From an archaeon (lineage in GTDB: Archaea > Nanobdellota > Nanobdellia > Woesearchaeales > UBA9642): a DNA stretch of 64,000 nt. Shown here piece after piece: positions 37,583 through 48,417 of this stretch (positions are counted from its first letter, which is position 1; the number at the start of each line of letters is the position of its first letter). The DNA lies in NCBI GenBank assembly GCA_020057295.1, contig JAGVGF010000005.1:60357-124356 (forward strand), read 5' to 3'. The translations under genes and the position numbers were made by a program. Under the pieces are notes generated by a model. That model was not told the origin of the DNA, ran no database searches, and saw only the letters and a list, made by a program, of their open reading frames with translations.

Positions 37583-38821
37583 TTAGAATATGCTTCCCAT
37601 AAGCATTTGAAACATGCTGAACGACACATAGTAGATTATTATTGATACTATTATAAATAAGGGAATGGTTTTGACTCCTTCTTTTACACTGCCTTTTCTT
37701 ATAACGCTTATTATTGATGCTGAAAAGAATGAAGATATTACTAGAACCATTATTGCAAACCTTTGGAAATTTCCTATAGTAATACTTTCTGATGAGAAAT
37801 TAAAAGAGAATAGTGCTGAAGAACCTACACTCTTATCTATATGGATTGTACTAAAGATTTTTTGAATAATTAGTAATAGCTCTGTGCTTAGTGCAAAAAG
37901 TAATGGTGCAGCAACTACTGTAGCGATGCCTATAAATATAGCATATGTTGTTACACTTGCACTTATTTCTTTACGCATTAATTGTGTTTCTTTAATATTT
38001 ACAGATAGTTTATTTAATAATTGTGCCATCTCTCCACCGCTAGATATTCCTTCAACGATTAAGTTTATAGTTTCCTTTAATATTCTAGAATCATACTTTC
38101 CACCAAGCTTTACTAGTGCTTTTTCTAAATCTTCACCAGCAATTGTTGCTTTAGCCACATTTTCCATCTCTACAGCAAGTATACCGAATTTAGGTCTTAT
38201 AGCATACCATAAAGATCTATCTATAGTCATTCCTGCACTAATATTTGCTGAAGCTAACTGTAAAAAGTCTGGGAGAGATTCTTCTATCTCACGCACACAT
38301 TGATACATCCTTACATCTAAATACATGAAAATTCCGAACAACACTATCAAATATATTATTGCAAAAACTAGTGTCCATAATACTATAAGAAAAGTTATCA
38401 ACACATCGAGAGATTTGTGATTTACAAAAACAATAATCATTAATAATAGAGATAATAATATTTGAAAATAAGACACATACTTTAAAATTTTAGTGTGTGT
38501 ATTTCTAGGATTCTCATCATAACCTAATTTTGATGTAAAATCAGATAATAATCCGATGATTTTTCTAGATTTTACTTTCTTCTTATCAAATCTTGTAGTA
38601 ATTTTATTAGAAATTTTAACTTTCTCCTTTACACGATCCTTTCCTTGATCCTTTAGAGCTTCTGGATTAAAATGTTCATTAAATAGGTTATTAATTATAT
38701 TTTTTGCATTTTTAATTCCGGAAAGATCTTTAAATGTGTGTTTGTCTGAACTATGTGAATCTAATAATTCCTCCTTAAATTTATTTTCGTGAAATCTTTC
38801 TTTTTTTATGTCTAGTTTCAT
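37583..38821 (-). CDS. type IV pilus / T2SS-F inner-membrane platform protein (TadC-like)
   Basis: IEESLPDFLQLASANISAGMTI, EGISSGGEMAQLL, multiple TM helices. Confidence 0.88.
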   Translation of the reverse strand: MKLDIKKERFHENKFKEELLDSHSSDKHTFKDLSGIKNAKNIINNLFNEHFNPEALKDQGKDRVKEKVKISNKITTRFDKKKVKSRKIIGLLSDFTSKLGYDENPRNTHTKILKYVSYFQILLSLLLMIIVFVNHKSLDVLITFLIVLWTLVFAIIYLIVLFGIFMYLDVRMYQCVREIEESLPDFLQLASANISAGMTIDRSLWYAIRPKFGILAVEMENVAKATIAGEDLEKALVKLGGKYDSRILKETINLIVEGISSGGEMAQLLNKLSVNIKETQLMRKEISASVTTYAIFIGIATVVAAPLLFALSTELLLIIQKIFSTIHIDKSVGSSALFSFNFSSESITIGNFQRFAIMVLVISSFFSASIISVIRKGSVKEGVKTIPLFIIVSIIIYYVSFSMFQMLMGSIF

Positions 38822-38855
38822 TTTCTAATTTATTTGACTGTGTTTTAGTTTTATT

Positions 38856-39650
38856 TTATGTACTTATTGAAGGTCTTGAAGCCCTTACTAGTGATAGGAA
38901 CATGAATTGTACAAATGCAATTAGTATGGCTAGTACTATCAATATAGGCATACCTATTTTTAATCCTATAAATGATGCAAGTATAACTAGCATAGTTATT
39001 CCTAATGATGGAACGATTATAGATATAGTCATATAGAACATTGCTAAAGGATTTAATTTTTTACCATATTCTTGTACAGATATTGCTTGTTCCCGCACTA
39101 TTTGTTCGATCACAGAATTTAATGCTCCACCAACTTCCGTTCCTGTCTTCATTGAATTCATTACTTGCCATAAAATTCTACGTAAATTTGGTGATGGAGA
39201 AATAATTAATGTTTCATTAATGGCATCTTCCATGCTTGTTCCAAGATATACTTTATTTAATATTTCGCCAAAATAGTAACCGATATAAGCGTAATTTTTT
39301 TCCATATCCTCGAATATTTTGTGTATCGGAACACCAGATTCTAAACCTATAATTAAAAATCTTCCAGCAAAAATTATTTCTTCGTCAATTCTTTTCTTAA
39401 TTTTTTCAATAGCTACATCTACAAATTTTACAAAATACATAAATAACAAAGGCAGACTCAAAGGGATAACTAATGTAGCCCATCCTGAAAGTGTAAAAAA
39501 GAAGAATATAAAAAATATTCCTATAGACATGAATAGTGAAGTCATAAATGTAGAACGTACATATTCTTCAGGCTCCTGCAATATGCCTGCCTGTTTAAGT
39601 TTTAGTCTTAATCCAGGAATATTTTTAGCAATATACGAGTATAACGACAT
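38856..39650 (-). CDS. type IV pilus / T2SS-F platform protein (TadB-like)
   Basis: LESGVPI, GTSMEDA, SMKTG, EYGKKLNPLAMFYM. Confidence 0.85.
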   Translation of the reverse strand: MSLYSYIAKNIPGLRLKLKQAGILQEPEEYVRSTFMTSLFMSIGIFFIFFFFTLSGWATLVIPLSLPLLFMYFVKFVDVAIEKIKKRIDEEIIFAGRFLIIGLESGVPIHKIFEDMEKNYAYIGYYFGEILNKVYLGTSMEDAINETLIISPSPNLRRILWQVMNSMKTGTEVGGALNSVIEQIVREQAISVQEYGKKLNPLAMFYMTISIIVPSLGITMLVILASFIGLKIGMPILIVLAILIAFVQFMFLSLVRASRPSIST

Positions 39651-39677
39651 TTTATTATTAGATAAAGGTTATCTTAA

Positions 39678-41381
39678 CTATTTTTTATTGACTGTTTTTT
39701 CTTCTTTGATGTTTGTTTCCTTAATAGCAGTATTTTCTGATTCTGGTTTTAGTACTTCGTTTTTCGTTGCGATGTTTTGTTCTAAAACTAGTTGTGATGC
39801 TAGAGGGAAATCTTTATTATTATTCACATACTTCATTAACTCATCTTTATTAGTGTAATATTCTGCAACTATTCTTCCTACACCATCTACATCATCGATT
39901 CCTTTTTTTACAAGATAGTTTAGTACCTTAATTTTTTCTTTTAATTCTTTATTTATTTCATTAACACTCATTCCTGTGAATAATGAAATATTATCATATA
40001 ATGCTTTAGATTTTGATATAGAAACAAGAACATCTTTCTTTATATCGTACTGCATCATCACATTAGAATCTCCATTAGGAAGTATTTCTGCAATTTGAAA
40101 AGTTCTTCTATATCCTGTCCTTCTATTTCTGAATTGTACAATTATTAATGATATTGCCGGAAGCATTATTTTTGGTACTTCAATAGGAGCATTTGTTAAC
40201 CTTTCTACGGTTTCCTTGGCACTGTTAGCGTGAAATGTTGCATATACTGAATGTCCTGTATGAATTGCTTCGAATAATGTTTCAGTCTCCCTTTTTCTTC
40301 TAACTTCTCCTACAAGAATTCTATCTGGTCTCATTCTCAAACTATTTACAAGCAAATCTCCCATATTTATTTCTCCTTTGCCCTCAGCATTTGGAAGCGT
40401 AGTATTTAATGGAACCCAGTGTAAAAATTTTGGCAGAACAATCTCTCTAGTATCTTCAATACTTATTATACGTTGATTAGGTGGGAAAAAGTTACTAAAA
40501 ACGTTTAATGCAGAAGTTTTACCTGAAGCTGTACCTCCAGCAATTATTGCAGATAATTCATATTGTATGGCAGTCCATATCAATGCAGCTGCTTCTGGAG
40601 AAATTGTTCTTGTTTTCAAAAATTTAGTTATAGTCCAAGGATCTTTAGAGAATTTTCTTATGGTTATAGTGTTACCGTTAGTTGATACAGGACTCAATGT
40701 TGCATTAACCCTGTCTCCACTACCTAAATGTGCATCTAGTAAAGGAGTTAATACAGTTATTTGTCTTCCTACTTTTCTACCAATTATACTTGCGTAATGT
40801 TTCGTTTGTTCTTCACTTTTCAAGTAAACATTTGTTTTAAGCCATCCGTGTTTTTTATGATACACCCACACTGGCTCGGATGCTTGGTTAACAACTAATT
40901 CTTCTAGATTCTCATCATTCATTACTAATTCAAGATTTCCTAAACCTAAACTATTAATTTTTAAATAAGATCTTAGAAAATTTACTGTATCTTGATCGCT
41001 GTCTGGAAAATATTTATCTATTAATATATCTATTAACTGATTAAATTTGTCCTCGACTAAATCGGTTTTTTTAGTATCTCCAATATCTTCAGCGCCTAGA
41101 CTTACTCTGCGTATTAATTCTAATCTTACTTTTTCTAGAATCATTTCAGTAGTCTTACTGATTACAGAAATTCTTAAATCATATGTAGGAACAAATTCTC
41201 CAGGTTTTTTTAGTATGGTTACATTTATAGGAATACGTTCTGACCTGAACTCATAACTATCTATAATATTTTCTCCGAAGTTATTTTCTGCCTGGGTAGA
41301 AATGCTCCCCTTAGAACTAATACTATTTCTATCTTTATGTCGACTAATGTTTGTTTTTTTACTCGTCCTCTTTTTTTTCAC
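39678..41381 (-). CDS. type IV pilus assembly ATPase (CpaF/TadA/VirB11 family)
   Basis: GDRVNA, TIRKF, GGTASGKT, SIEDTRE, LRMRPDRILVGEVR, TGH...TFHA. Confidence 0.95.
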   Translation of the reverse strand: MKKKRTSKKTNISRHKDRNSISSKGSISTQAENNFGENIIDSYEFRSERIPINVTILKKPGEFVPTYDLRISVISKTTEMILEKVRLELIRRVSLGAEDIGDTKKTDLVEDKFNQLIDILIDKYFPDSDQDTVNFLRSYLKINSLGLGNLELVMNDENLEELVVNQASEPVWVYHKKHGWLKTNVYLKSEEQTKHYASIIGRKVGRQITVLTPLLDAHLGSGDRVNATLSPVSTNGNTITIRKFSKDPWTITKFLKTRTISPEAAALIWTAIQYELSAIIAGGTASGKTSALNVFSNFFPPNQRIISIEDTREIVLPKFLHWVPLNTTLPNAEGKGEINMGDLLVNSLRMRPDRILVGEVRRKRETETLFEAIHTGHSVYATFHANSAKETVERLTNAPIEVPKIMLPAISLIIVQFRNRRTGYRRTFQIAEILPNGDSNVMMQYDIKKDVLVSISKSKALYDNISLFTGMSVNEINKELKEKIKVLNYLVKKGIDDVDGVGRIVAEYYTNKDELMKYVNNNKDFPLASQLVLEQNIATKNEVLKPESENTAIKETNIKEEKTVNKK

Positions 41382-41431
41382 AGAAACTCCGTCAAATAAT
41401 TTATGTAATAATTATTAATATAAAGACACAT

Positions 41432-42583
41432 TTACTTTCCCTTAAATGTGGCAATTAATTTCTCAATTTTATATTTTATTCCGACTTTTTTGTGTTCATA
41501 ATTCTTTAATATCTCTTCTATCTCTTTGATCTGAGATTTTACATTTGAATTTGTAGCTAGTATATTAAATGTCAATATTTTATTTTTCATCGTCTCTAAT
41601 TCTTTTTTTAGTCCTTCTTTGTCATTTTCTATTTCAGCAATTAATTTTTCTGTATTAATGTTTTTTAAGAAAAATCCCTCGAACGATTTATGTATTTTAG
41701 AACTCACATCGTCATAACTCTTTAATCCTTTAATTTTTTCACGTAAATCTTTATCCATTTCTTGTTGATTCTTAAATAACCTTTCATAATCAGATTTTAG
41801 AGAATTAACTTTTTGCATAATTGCGCTTTCTTTTTTTTCGGATAAATCTTTATCTAATTTATCTAGTAAGTCTTTGAAATTTTGAATATTTTTTGTTGAC
41901 GTATCTAATTTTTTAGATTGATCATATAATATGTTGTTAATATTTTTTAGAGATTCGTTTAATGTGTTTATTGTTCGTTCATAATCTGTACGCACTGCTT
42001 TTAACTCATTAATTTTTTGTGAAAACTGTTCTATATTTTTATGCTCTTTAGAAATAGCTACTCTTAATTCATCATATTTTAGACTTTCTAACTTTAGTTT
42101 TTCAGCCGCATCCTTTACAACCTTATCATATTCATCTTTCTGTCTAGATATTTCCTTATCTAAATGACTTTTTAACGAATCATATTTTTCTAGTTCAGAT
42201 AATTGACTTTTTACCGTGTCTATCTCTGATTTTATGTGACTTTGTATATTTACAAATTCTTTTCTTACTTCCTCAAATCCTGACGTTTCTTGATCTAAAG
42301 ATGTTATTGCTACCTCTATTTTTCTAGCAAACGCATCTCTTTGCGAAGATAATTCTTTACCGCCTGTTATTACATCTTCTTTGGTTATTTTCTTTTCCAT
42401 AATCCATGCTTTAGATAAACTGTACTCTATAGTTACTAAACCTTCTTCCTCTAAGAATTCCGCCCACTCCTGTACTACTTCCTTTCCTACACCTAAAGTT
42501 TTTGCAGATTCATCTACGCTGATCTTCTTTTTTTGCGATACAAGATCTACTAACTTATCTACGCCTGTTTTGATATTATTCAT
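41432..42583 (-). CDS. N-terminal wHTH-like domain plus long coiled coil
   Basis: TGVDKLVDLV...AKTLGVGKEVVQEWAEFLEEEGLV, then about 300 aa of heptad-rich sequence. Confidence 0.75.
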   Translation of the reverse strand: MNNIKTGVDKLVDLVSQKKKISVDESAKTLGVGKEVVQEWAEFLEEEGLVTIEYSLSKAWIMEKKITKEDVITGGKELSSQRDAFARKIEVAITSLDQETSGFEEVRKEFVNIQSHIKSEIDTVKSQLSELEKYDSLKSHLDKEISRQKDEYDKVVKDAAEKLKLESLKYDELRVAISKEHKNIEQFSQKINELKAVRTDYERTINTLNESLKNINNILYDQSKKLDTSTKNIQNFKDLLDKLDKDLSEKKESAIMQKVNSLKSDYERLFKNQQEMDKDLREKIKGLKSYDDVSSKIHKSFEGFFLKNINTEKLIAEIENDKEGLKKELETMKNKILTFNILATNSNVKSQIKEIEEILKNYEHKKVGIKYKIEKLIATFKGK

Positions 42584-42702
42584 ATTTTCTTACAACACTC
42601 ACCTATTAACACAATCTATTTATAAATAAATTCGACTACTTATATAATTTTGTTACGACTACGGAATATATACACTATTATTCTCTTTAATCAACTACAT
42701 AA

Positions 42703-43680
42703 TTAAGGGCATGCTGGTGTAACAGAGTAATTCAAGCCCGAAATTTCGTATAAATTAACTCTATCAACAGATATTACGAAATTCATATCTGTAGGCATGT
42801 TTTGAACAGCACATACTTTATTTACGGTTATATTATTAAAATAAACATAATCTATTTTTGGTCGCGAGGAATATACCTCTATTCCTTGATCGGATATTGT
42901 TTGAATATTTACTATGCTTTCTATTCCTTGAGCGCTCGAGTCCGTCTTCCCCTCAAATCTCATAAGAAAACTAGGAGCGTCTGATGATTCTAAATAATAA
43001 GACTCGTTAATCAGTGCTTTAAGATTAGTGGTATCTGTTCCTGAAACTAGTGGTGTTTGATTGAATTGTCTTATAGTGTTAGGAATTTTGTTGTGTGTAT
43101 TGACGCCGTATAAAGGATCTCTTAAATTATATATAGGTATGTTTGTAATAAAATCTTTTGTAGTATACCATGACGCTAAATTTTTCACATCACTGACGTT
43201 TAACACGATATATACATGTACATCTATAGACCAAGGATCTGGTTGTGTTAATGTTATTTGTGTAACGGTTGCATTGACATTCATACCGAGAGACTCTGCT
43301 AACGAATGCACTTTAAGTATATAATCTTTAAAACTTGAATTTTGCATCAACTGAATGTTTGTACCATTTAGTGTTCCATTATAAAATGTTTCTTCGAATG
43401 CTTGTGTAATATTTGGTAAATATTGGCCGTTCGAAGCTACATTGTCTTCTAAAGAAATTAAAGCTCTAAATGCAGAGGTATGGGTTGCTCTATGTACATC
43501 ATTATTAAAATTATTAACAAAATCATTCATCGCTCTTATTCTGATGGATTGAGACTCTATTTGATCTTGATATTTATATTGATTAGAAACAAAAAAAATC
43601 CCTAATAAAACTACTATGATTAAACTAGAAACTAACAAATAAGTGAATCCTTTTTTTCCAAACAGTTTTATTATTGCCAT
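42703..43680 (-). CDS. class III signal-peptide (minor pilin-like) protein
   Basis: KKG|FTYLLVSSLIIVVLLGIF. Later LRDPLY and APSFLMRFEG. Confidence 0.75.
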   Translation of the reverse strand: MAIIKLFGKKGFTYLLVSSLIIVVLLGIFFVSNQYKYQDQIESQSIRIRAMNDFVNNFNNDVHRATHTSAFRALISLEDNVASNGQYLPNITQAFEETFYNGTLNGTNIQLMQNSSFKDYILKVHSLAESLGMNVNATVTQITLTQPDPWSIDVHVYIVLNVSDVKNLASWYTTKDFITNIPIYNLRDPLYGVNTHNKIPNTIRQFNQTPLVSGTDTTNLKALINESYYLESSDAPSFLMRFEGKTDSSAQGIESIVNIQTISDQGIEVYSSRPKIDYVYFNNITVNKVCAVQNMPTDMNFVISVDRVNLYEISGLNYSVTPACP

Positions 43681-46346
43681 ACTTCTAACCTTATTATTGA
43701 GGGTCCCCAAAGATAAGGCACTCCTCCTATAACTGTAGTTATTATCTCTAAATCTAAATTATTTATGTTAACTAAAACCTTGCCTGAATTTTCTGTATCT
43801 AGCTGTTTTAATAAGCTATATGTTGCTACATCATAAGTATCATCTAAATCGTAACTAATATTAACTGAAGTATAAGTGCAATTTTTTGTTCCCGCATATG
43901 CTGCTGGAACTTTAATAGTATTTATTTCTCCATCAACATATTCGACCGTCCAAGTACATCCGACATTTTTTTCTTTTATGTCTGTTCTTGCTACGGATGC
44001 TGTGACTAGTGCTGTATAAATTAAAGTATTATTATTTGAACAGTTCGAGCTATTTGTTGTGCTATCTCCTACGCGTAGAGAGATATTATTCGACTGACCC
44101 GGATAAAGCAATAATGAAGGTATTTGTATTAAGAAAGGATCTCCAAGAAGATCATAAGAAGAATTATATTGTGATAGATTGAAAACAACGTTTTCATTTA
44201 TTTTCAATAAATCTGTCCAATGATTACTTGAATAAGAAGCAGCATATGCGTCCTGAATTACTATGCCTGAAGGAATATCTATACTAACATTACAACTATT
44301 AAATTGCGGAGATTCTATAAGAACCGAAATCTTATTCTGTGTATCAATAGGATTTAAATCCTGATAATATAAATCTATATATGAATCTGTATGAAGTTTT
44401 GTGGGGCTAAAATTTCCGACAAGATTTATTGTTTGGGATGAAAAATTAGCTGCAATAAGTATTTGTTCAGAAATATTTCTATACACATCTTCAAGTTGCG
44501 ATGTATCTGTGACATTATAGTATAAAGAAGCATTGCACGCAATCTGTTTCATTATATTGTGTCCGGCTGCAGTCATAGCCGTACCAAAACCTATGGCGTA
44601 AACAGTTATATTGTTTTGACAAGCTAAAATACTAGCATTTATAGCCCAACTTTCAGATAAAGAATCGCTACCGCTTGTGCCTGTATAATCGTTGTAATTC
44701 GAACAATAATAATTTGGTTCTCCATCACTTAGCACAATCATAAATTTTTTATTAGTCGAAGAATTAACAAGATTTCTTGCATAATTTATACCACAACAAG
44801 TACATGTTCCTCCATTAGGAGAATATGTATCAATCTCGCTATCTAAAACACTCTCCACGTTAGTTAAATTTGTTGGTGTGTGCGCATCATTAGAAAAATC
44901 TATCAAGCCAACTCTATGTAGAGAAGATGCACCTAATACCACTTCGACAAATAATTTATCAGCATCTTTGGCTACATCTAGAAGCGTTTTTGAACATACA
45001 CTTTGATTAATTATACTATAACTTCTTGTAGAATATATTGGAGATATTCCACATTCGTTGTTATTGCATGAAACATTGTTGTATGCGCAAGTCGTTGTCA
45101 GCCAGAACCACCACCAAGATGCCTGTTTGTATTGATATCTGCACATTGTTTGATTGACATAAACGGCGCAATCATTCATGCTTCCAGATACATCTGTAAC
45201 CAAGAAGGAATCAGATGGAACCCCTGCATCTAAGACACTAATATTAGATAAATTTGTGTGAGCCATTCTTATAGGTATAGTGCTTGGAGGTATAGATAGA
45301 TTATTTTTTACAATAAATATGTTTCTAGTTGTATTTTGACCCGGATCTATAAACAACGTTTCGTTTCCAAAAGTAAAAAATGTAGAATATATACTGTCAT
45401 AAGTTATATTTAATGTTATATCTGTAATTATGCCTTGTACAGATACTGCGTCATAAAGATTTATGAATCCTGTTACTGAAGGGAGATAAACTCTTTTGTA
45501 TCCTGTTGCAACATTTTCTACTAGTGTATCAGTTATATATGTTGCTTTTATTAATCCTCCAGAGACATAAGAAATATTTAGGGGAGAAATAAAGGCAAAA
45601 GTAAAATTATTTGTTCCGGATATTAAAGAGGCATTGCAGGAAGTAATTGTCCAAAGATTTACCTGACCCGCTGCTCCAGAATAATTAGTTCCACACTGAT
45701 TTCCATTTATAAAAATTTCAAAAGATCCGGGAGTCTCTATCTTTATGTATGAATCAATGAGCTTAGTCGAATTAAAATCTGCAGGCAAATCTAATCTTAG
45801 AGTAATATTACCTTGTCCGATAAAGCCGCCGAAATAAGCGTAAGAAGAAGTTTTCTTATCACGAATTTTTTTCAGATAAGCGGACGAACTATATCCTGTT
45901 AAAGGAGCTCCTTTAACTATTCCAGAAATCATTCTATTAAATGTAAATAAACTCTTTTTTGAAGAATAATTTTTTATATATATCTCCTCATTATCTATTG
46001 ATAGTCTTAAACCACTACCAGTTATCAATTCCTCCGACATAACCGAACTAAATAGTTGTTGAGCCTTTACAGTATTGTTTAAAGCCCAATATTCTCCTAT
46101 CTGTTCTAATAATGTGTTGTTTAAGTTAGTGATATTTCCATTATCGAATTCTTGAGTAATAAAAGAATTATTTATTTCAGAAAGAGTTATTCCAGAAAAT
46201 ACTGTGAGTATATCTTGTGTCAAGAAGATTTTTTGTTCTACACCGGAAGAATTTTGTTCATATGTCGAGTAAATTAACAGTACAGCACCTATTAAGAGCA
46301 TTGATGCTAGCAAAGCATCCATTGTATAAAATATTGCTTTCTTCAT
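43671..46346 (-). CDS. pilin-like vWA-domain adhesin
   Basis: MKKA|IFYTMDALLA signal. MIDAS DVSGS, GGT, VLSDGEPN, VYAIGFG. Confidence 0.85.
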   Translation of the reverse strand: MKKAIFYTMDALLASMLLIGAVLLIYSTYEQNSSGVEQKIFLTQDILTVFSGITLSEINNSFITQEFDNGNITNLNNTLLEQIGEYWALNNTVKAQQLFSSVMSEELITGSGLRLSIDNEEIYIKNYSSKKSLFTFNRMISGIVKGAPLTGYSSSAYLKKIRDKKTSSYAYFGGFIGQGNITLRLDLPADFNSTKLIDSYIKIETPGSFEIFINGNQCGTNYSGAAGQVNLWTITSCNASLISGTNNFTFAFISPLNISYVSGGLIKATYITDTLVENVATGYKRVYLPSVTGFINLYDAVSVQGIITDITLNITYDSIYSTFFTFGNETLFIDPGQNTTRNIFIVKNNLSIPPSTIPIRMAHTNLSNISVLDAGVPSDSFLVTDVSGSMNDCAVYVNQTMCRYQYKQASWWWFWLTTTCAYNNVSCNNNECGISPIYSTRSYSIINQSVCSKTLLDVAKDADKLFVEVVLGASSLHRVGLIDFSNDAHTPTNLTNVESVLDSEIDTYSPNGGTCTCCGINYARNLVNSSTNKKFMIVLSDGEPNYYCSNYNDYTGTSGSDSLSESWAINASILACQNNITVYAIGFGTAMTAAGHNIMKQIACNASLYYNVTDTSQLEDVYRNISEQILIAANFSSQTINLVGNFSPTKLHTDSYIDLYYQDLNPIDTQNKISVLIESPQFNSCNVSIDIPSGIVIQDAYAASYSSNHWTDLLKINENVVFNLSQYNSSYDLLGDPFLIQIPSLLLYPGQSNNISLRVGDSTTNSSNCSNNNTLIYTALVTASVARTDIKEKNVGCTWTVEYVDGEINTIKVPAAYAGTKNCTYTSVNISYDLDDTYDVATYSLLKQLDTENSGKVLVNINNLDLEIITTVIGGVPYLWGPSIIRLEVWQ

Positions 46347-46354
46347 ATAATTCG

Positions 46355-46858
46355 TTAACTCCAAACGTAAAAAGTCATTCGTAATATTTGATTATCGTAA
46401 AAAACTATTCTATCGATCTTTGCTAAATTGGAATAAGTCAGATTTGATATTATTGGTTCGCAATCACTCGTGACAGGAACATTAAATCCGTAAATACATT
46501 GCGTAACATTAAGTATGCTTGTTCCGTTACTAAAGTAGAACAAATATTCTCCTGTTATTTGATAAGCGATTTTTGTTTTATTATATTCTAATAAAGAGTA
46601 ATTGAATAATTTCTCAGCATTTATTTTGTTATCTAAAGCTATTCCGGGAATTATAACATCGCTCGTTGTCCAGGTTTTAGGATATCCTTCCGATAGAACA
46701 TTATCTGAAAGATATACTGCTTCTCTATATGTTAAATCGTATGGCTCTGTAGTATTCATTGTTAATATTATCCTTACTGAGAGAAGCAATACAAATAAGA
46801 AAAGCATCATACCTATAATAAAATCAATACTCCACACTTGTCCTGTTTTTTTTATCAT
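46355..46858 (-). CDS. minor pilin-like protein
   Basis: KKTG|QVWSIDFIIGMMLF class III signal. SEGYP..W. Confidence 0.8.
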   Translation of the reverse strand: MIKKTGQVWSIDFIIGMMLFLFVLLLSVRIILTMNTTEPYDLTYREAVYLSDNVLSEGYPKTWTTSDVIIPGIALDNKINAEKLFNYSLLEYNKTKIAYQITGEYLFYFSNGTSILNVTQCIYGFNVPVTSDCEPIISNLTYSNLAKIDRIVFYDNQILRMTFYVWS

Positions 46859-46859
46859 T

Positions 46860-47273
46860 TTAGTTAATATATAATGTGTTATTCATTTTTCTTATGATAT
46901 TTTTTCCTTTTATGAAACTTCCATTTACTGATGGAACAACAAAAAATGTTTCCGTTGCCTTATAAGATAATATAAGATAGCCCGTACTATTATATGTCCC
47001 TGTTGTTATATTAAAATCTAAACCATTCACTGTTAAAGGAATATTTATTGGCCGTATATATCCGTCTTCCAAATTTGATGCTAATAATAATTCTTGCTGT
47101 AATGATCTACCAAAATCCATCAAGTCAGTATATGTTTTACGCGTAGTATTATCTTCAGAAAGATAAAAGACAGAAATCATGAGTATTATGATTATTGCGA
47201 AGCTTAAACCTACTAGTAACAAAAATTCTATTGCTATCTGACCACGATTTTTATTTGTCTGTAATGTTGACAT
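46860..47273 (-). CDS. minor pilin (class III signal peptide)
   Basis: NRG|QIAIEFLLLVG. Confidence 0.85.
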   Translation of the reverse strand: MSTLQTNKNRGQIAIEFLLLVGLSFAIIIILMISVFYLSEDNTTRKTYTDLMDFGRSLQQELLLASNLEDGYIRPINIPLTVNGLDFNITTGTYNSTGYLILSYKATETFFVVPSVNGSFIKGKNIIRKMNNTLYIN

Positions 47274-47694
47274 AGTTTTTTTCAGCTTTAAACGCTATTA
47301 CGTGCTGCCCGGAGAATGATCTTATAGATCCGGTTAGATTTGCCGATGTTTCTTTCACAACCACATAATTAAGGTCTGCTGTGGTGACATTAAATATTAT
47401 TAATGTATTATTTAATGTTACTGAGGTTATTCCTTCTGGAAAAGATATTATTAGTGTTCTTTGTGATGGCTCTCCAGCATAGTATACTTCTTCAGCATAA
47501 TCTGAAATTTTTGATGAGACCCTAAATATTTGTGCATTAGTTACATCTGCTTGAATGTTGGTTATCTGTTTAGCATATATTATTATTAATGGAAAAGTCA
47601 TCATAAATGCTATCCCAAATATTATTAGATATTCTATGCTAACTTGCGCTTTAGTGCACATTCTACAAGTATTACTAGAATTTTTACTCACCAT
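47251..47694 (-). CDS. minor pilin (class III signal peptide)
   Basis: TKA|QVSIEYLIIFG. Confidence 0.85.
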   Translation of the reverse strand: MVSKNSSNTCRMCTKAQVSIEYLIIFGIAFMMTFPLIIIYAKQITNIQADVTNAQIFRVSSKISDYAEEVYYAGEPSQRTLIISFPEGITSVTLNNTLIIFNVTTADLNYVVVKETSANLTGSIRSFSGQHVIAFKAEKNYVNITDK

Positions 47695-47879
47695 CTTTTA
47701 TCAATATAATTCTGTTATAGGTATTATATAAAGATAGTGTAAAAATCTTGTTTTAAAAAAATAAATATAAATTAATTGTGCTTAAAAAAAGAATAAAAAC
47801 AAAACATTTATATATTAGTATAGATAAAGGTATACTAACAATTTGTGTTTAATAGAAATTATAGACGAGGTGAATTAGT

Positions 47880-48365
47880 ATGAGTAAAAGAGGTCAAGCA
47901 GCCATGGAGTTTTTAATGACTTATGGATGGGCTATTGTAGTAGTTCTAGCAGCAATCGGTGCATTAGCGTACTTCGGTGTGTTAAGTCCGCAGAAACTAT
48001 TGCCAGAAAGAACAACTTTCCAAGCACCATTACCAAATGTAGATAACGCTGTCATCAGTAGAACAGCTAATAGTGTAGAAATTGCTTTCAGAAATAACAA
48101 GGGAGTATCAATCAATATTCCAGGCGGAGCAGGTAACTTTACATTAGTTGCATCAAGCCCAACAGTATGTGCAAATGCAGTAATGACTGGAACAGGCACA
48201 TTCGCAAATGGTGGAAATTTCCTATTAAAATGGGACTGTGATGATTTGAATCCTTTACCAGCAGTAGGAGACAAGTTTAAGGCAGACATCAGCTTTGCTT
48301 ATGTAAATACTGAGACTGGCCAAACGCTTCAACAAACTGGTTCCGTAGAAGGAAAATACAGCTAA
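47880..48365 (+). CDS. probable major type IV pilin
   Basis: MSKRG|QAAMEFLMTYGWAIVVVLAAIGALAYFGV. Strong GAGGTGA RBS, divergent TATA-containing promoter region and T-rich terminator. Confidence 0.88.
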   Translation: MSKRGQAAMEFLMTYGWAIVVVLAAIGALAYFGVLSPQKLLPERTTFQAPLPNVDNAVISRTANSVEIAFRNNKGVSINIPGGAGNFTLVASSPTVCANAVMTGTGTFANGGNFLLKWDCDDLNPLPAVGDKFKADISFAYVNTETGQTLQQTGSVEGKYS

Positions 48366-48417
48366 GTAATTAGCTATTTTTATTTTTTCTTTTTGATTTT
48401 ATAATTCTATAATATAC

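Noticed and set aside
39319-39858. 179-aa plus-strand ORF and the many other short antisense ORFs in the track
   Set aside because: They lie opposite well-supported genes and have no recognisable motifs.
42703-48365. Archaellum operon
   Set aside because: No archaellin-type N-termini and no FlaH/ArlH were seen. Two separate Tad-like platform genes indicate a pilus.
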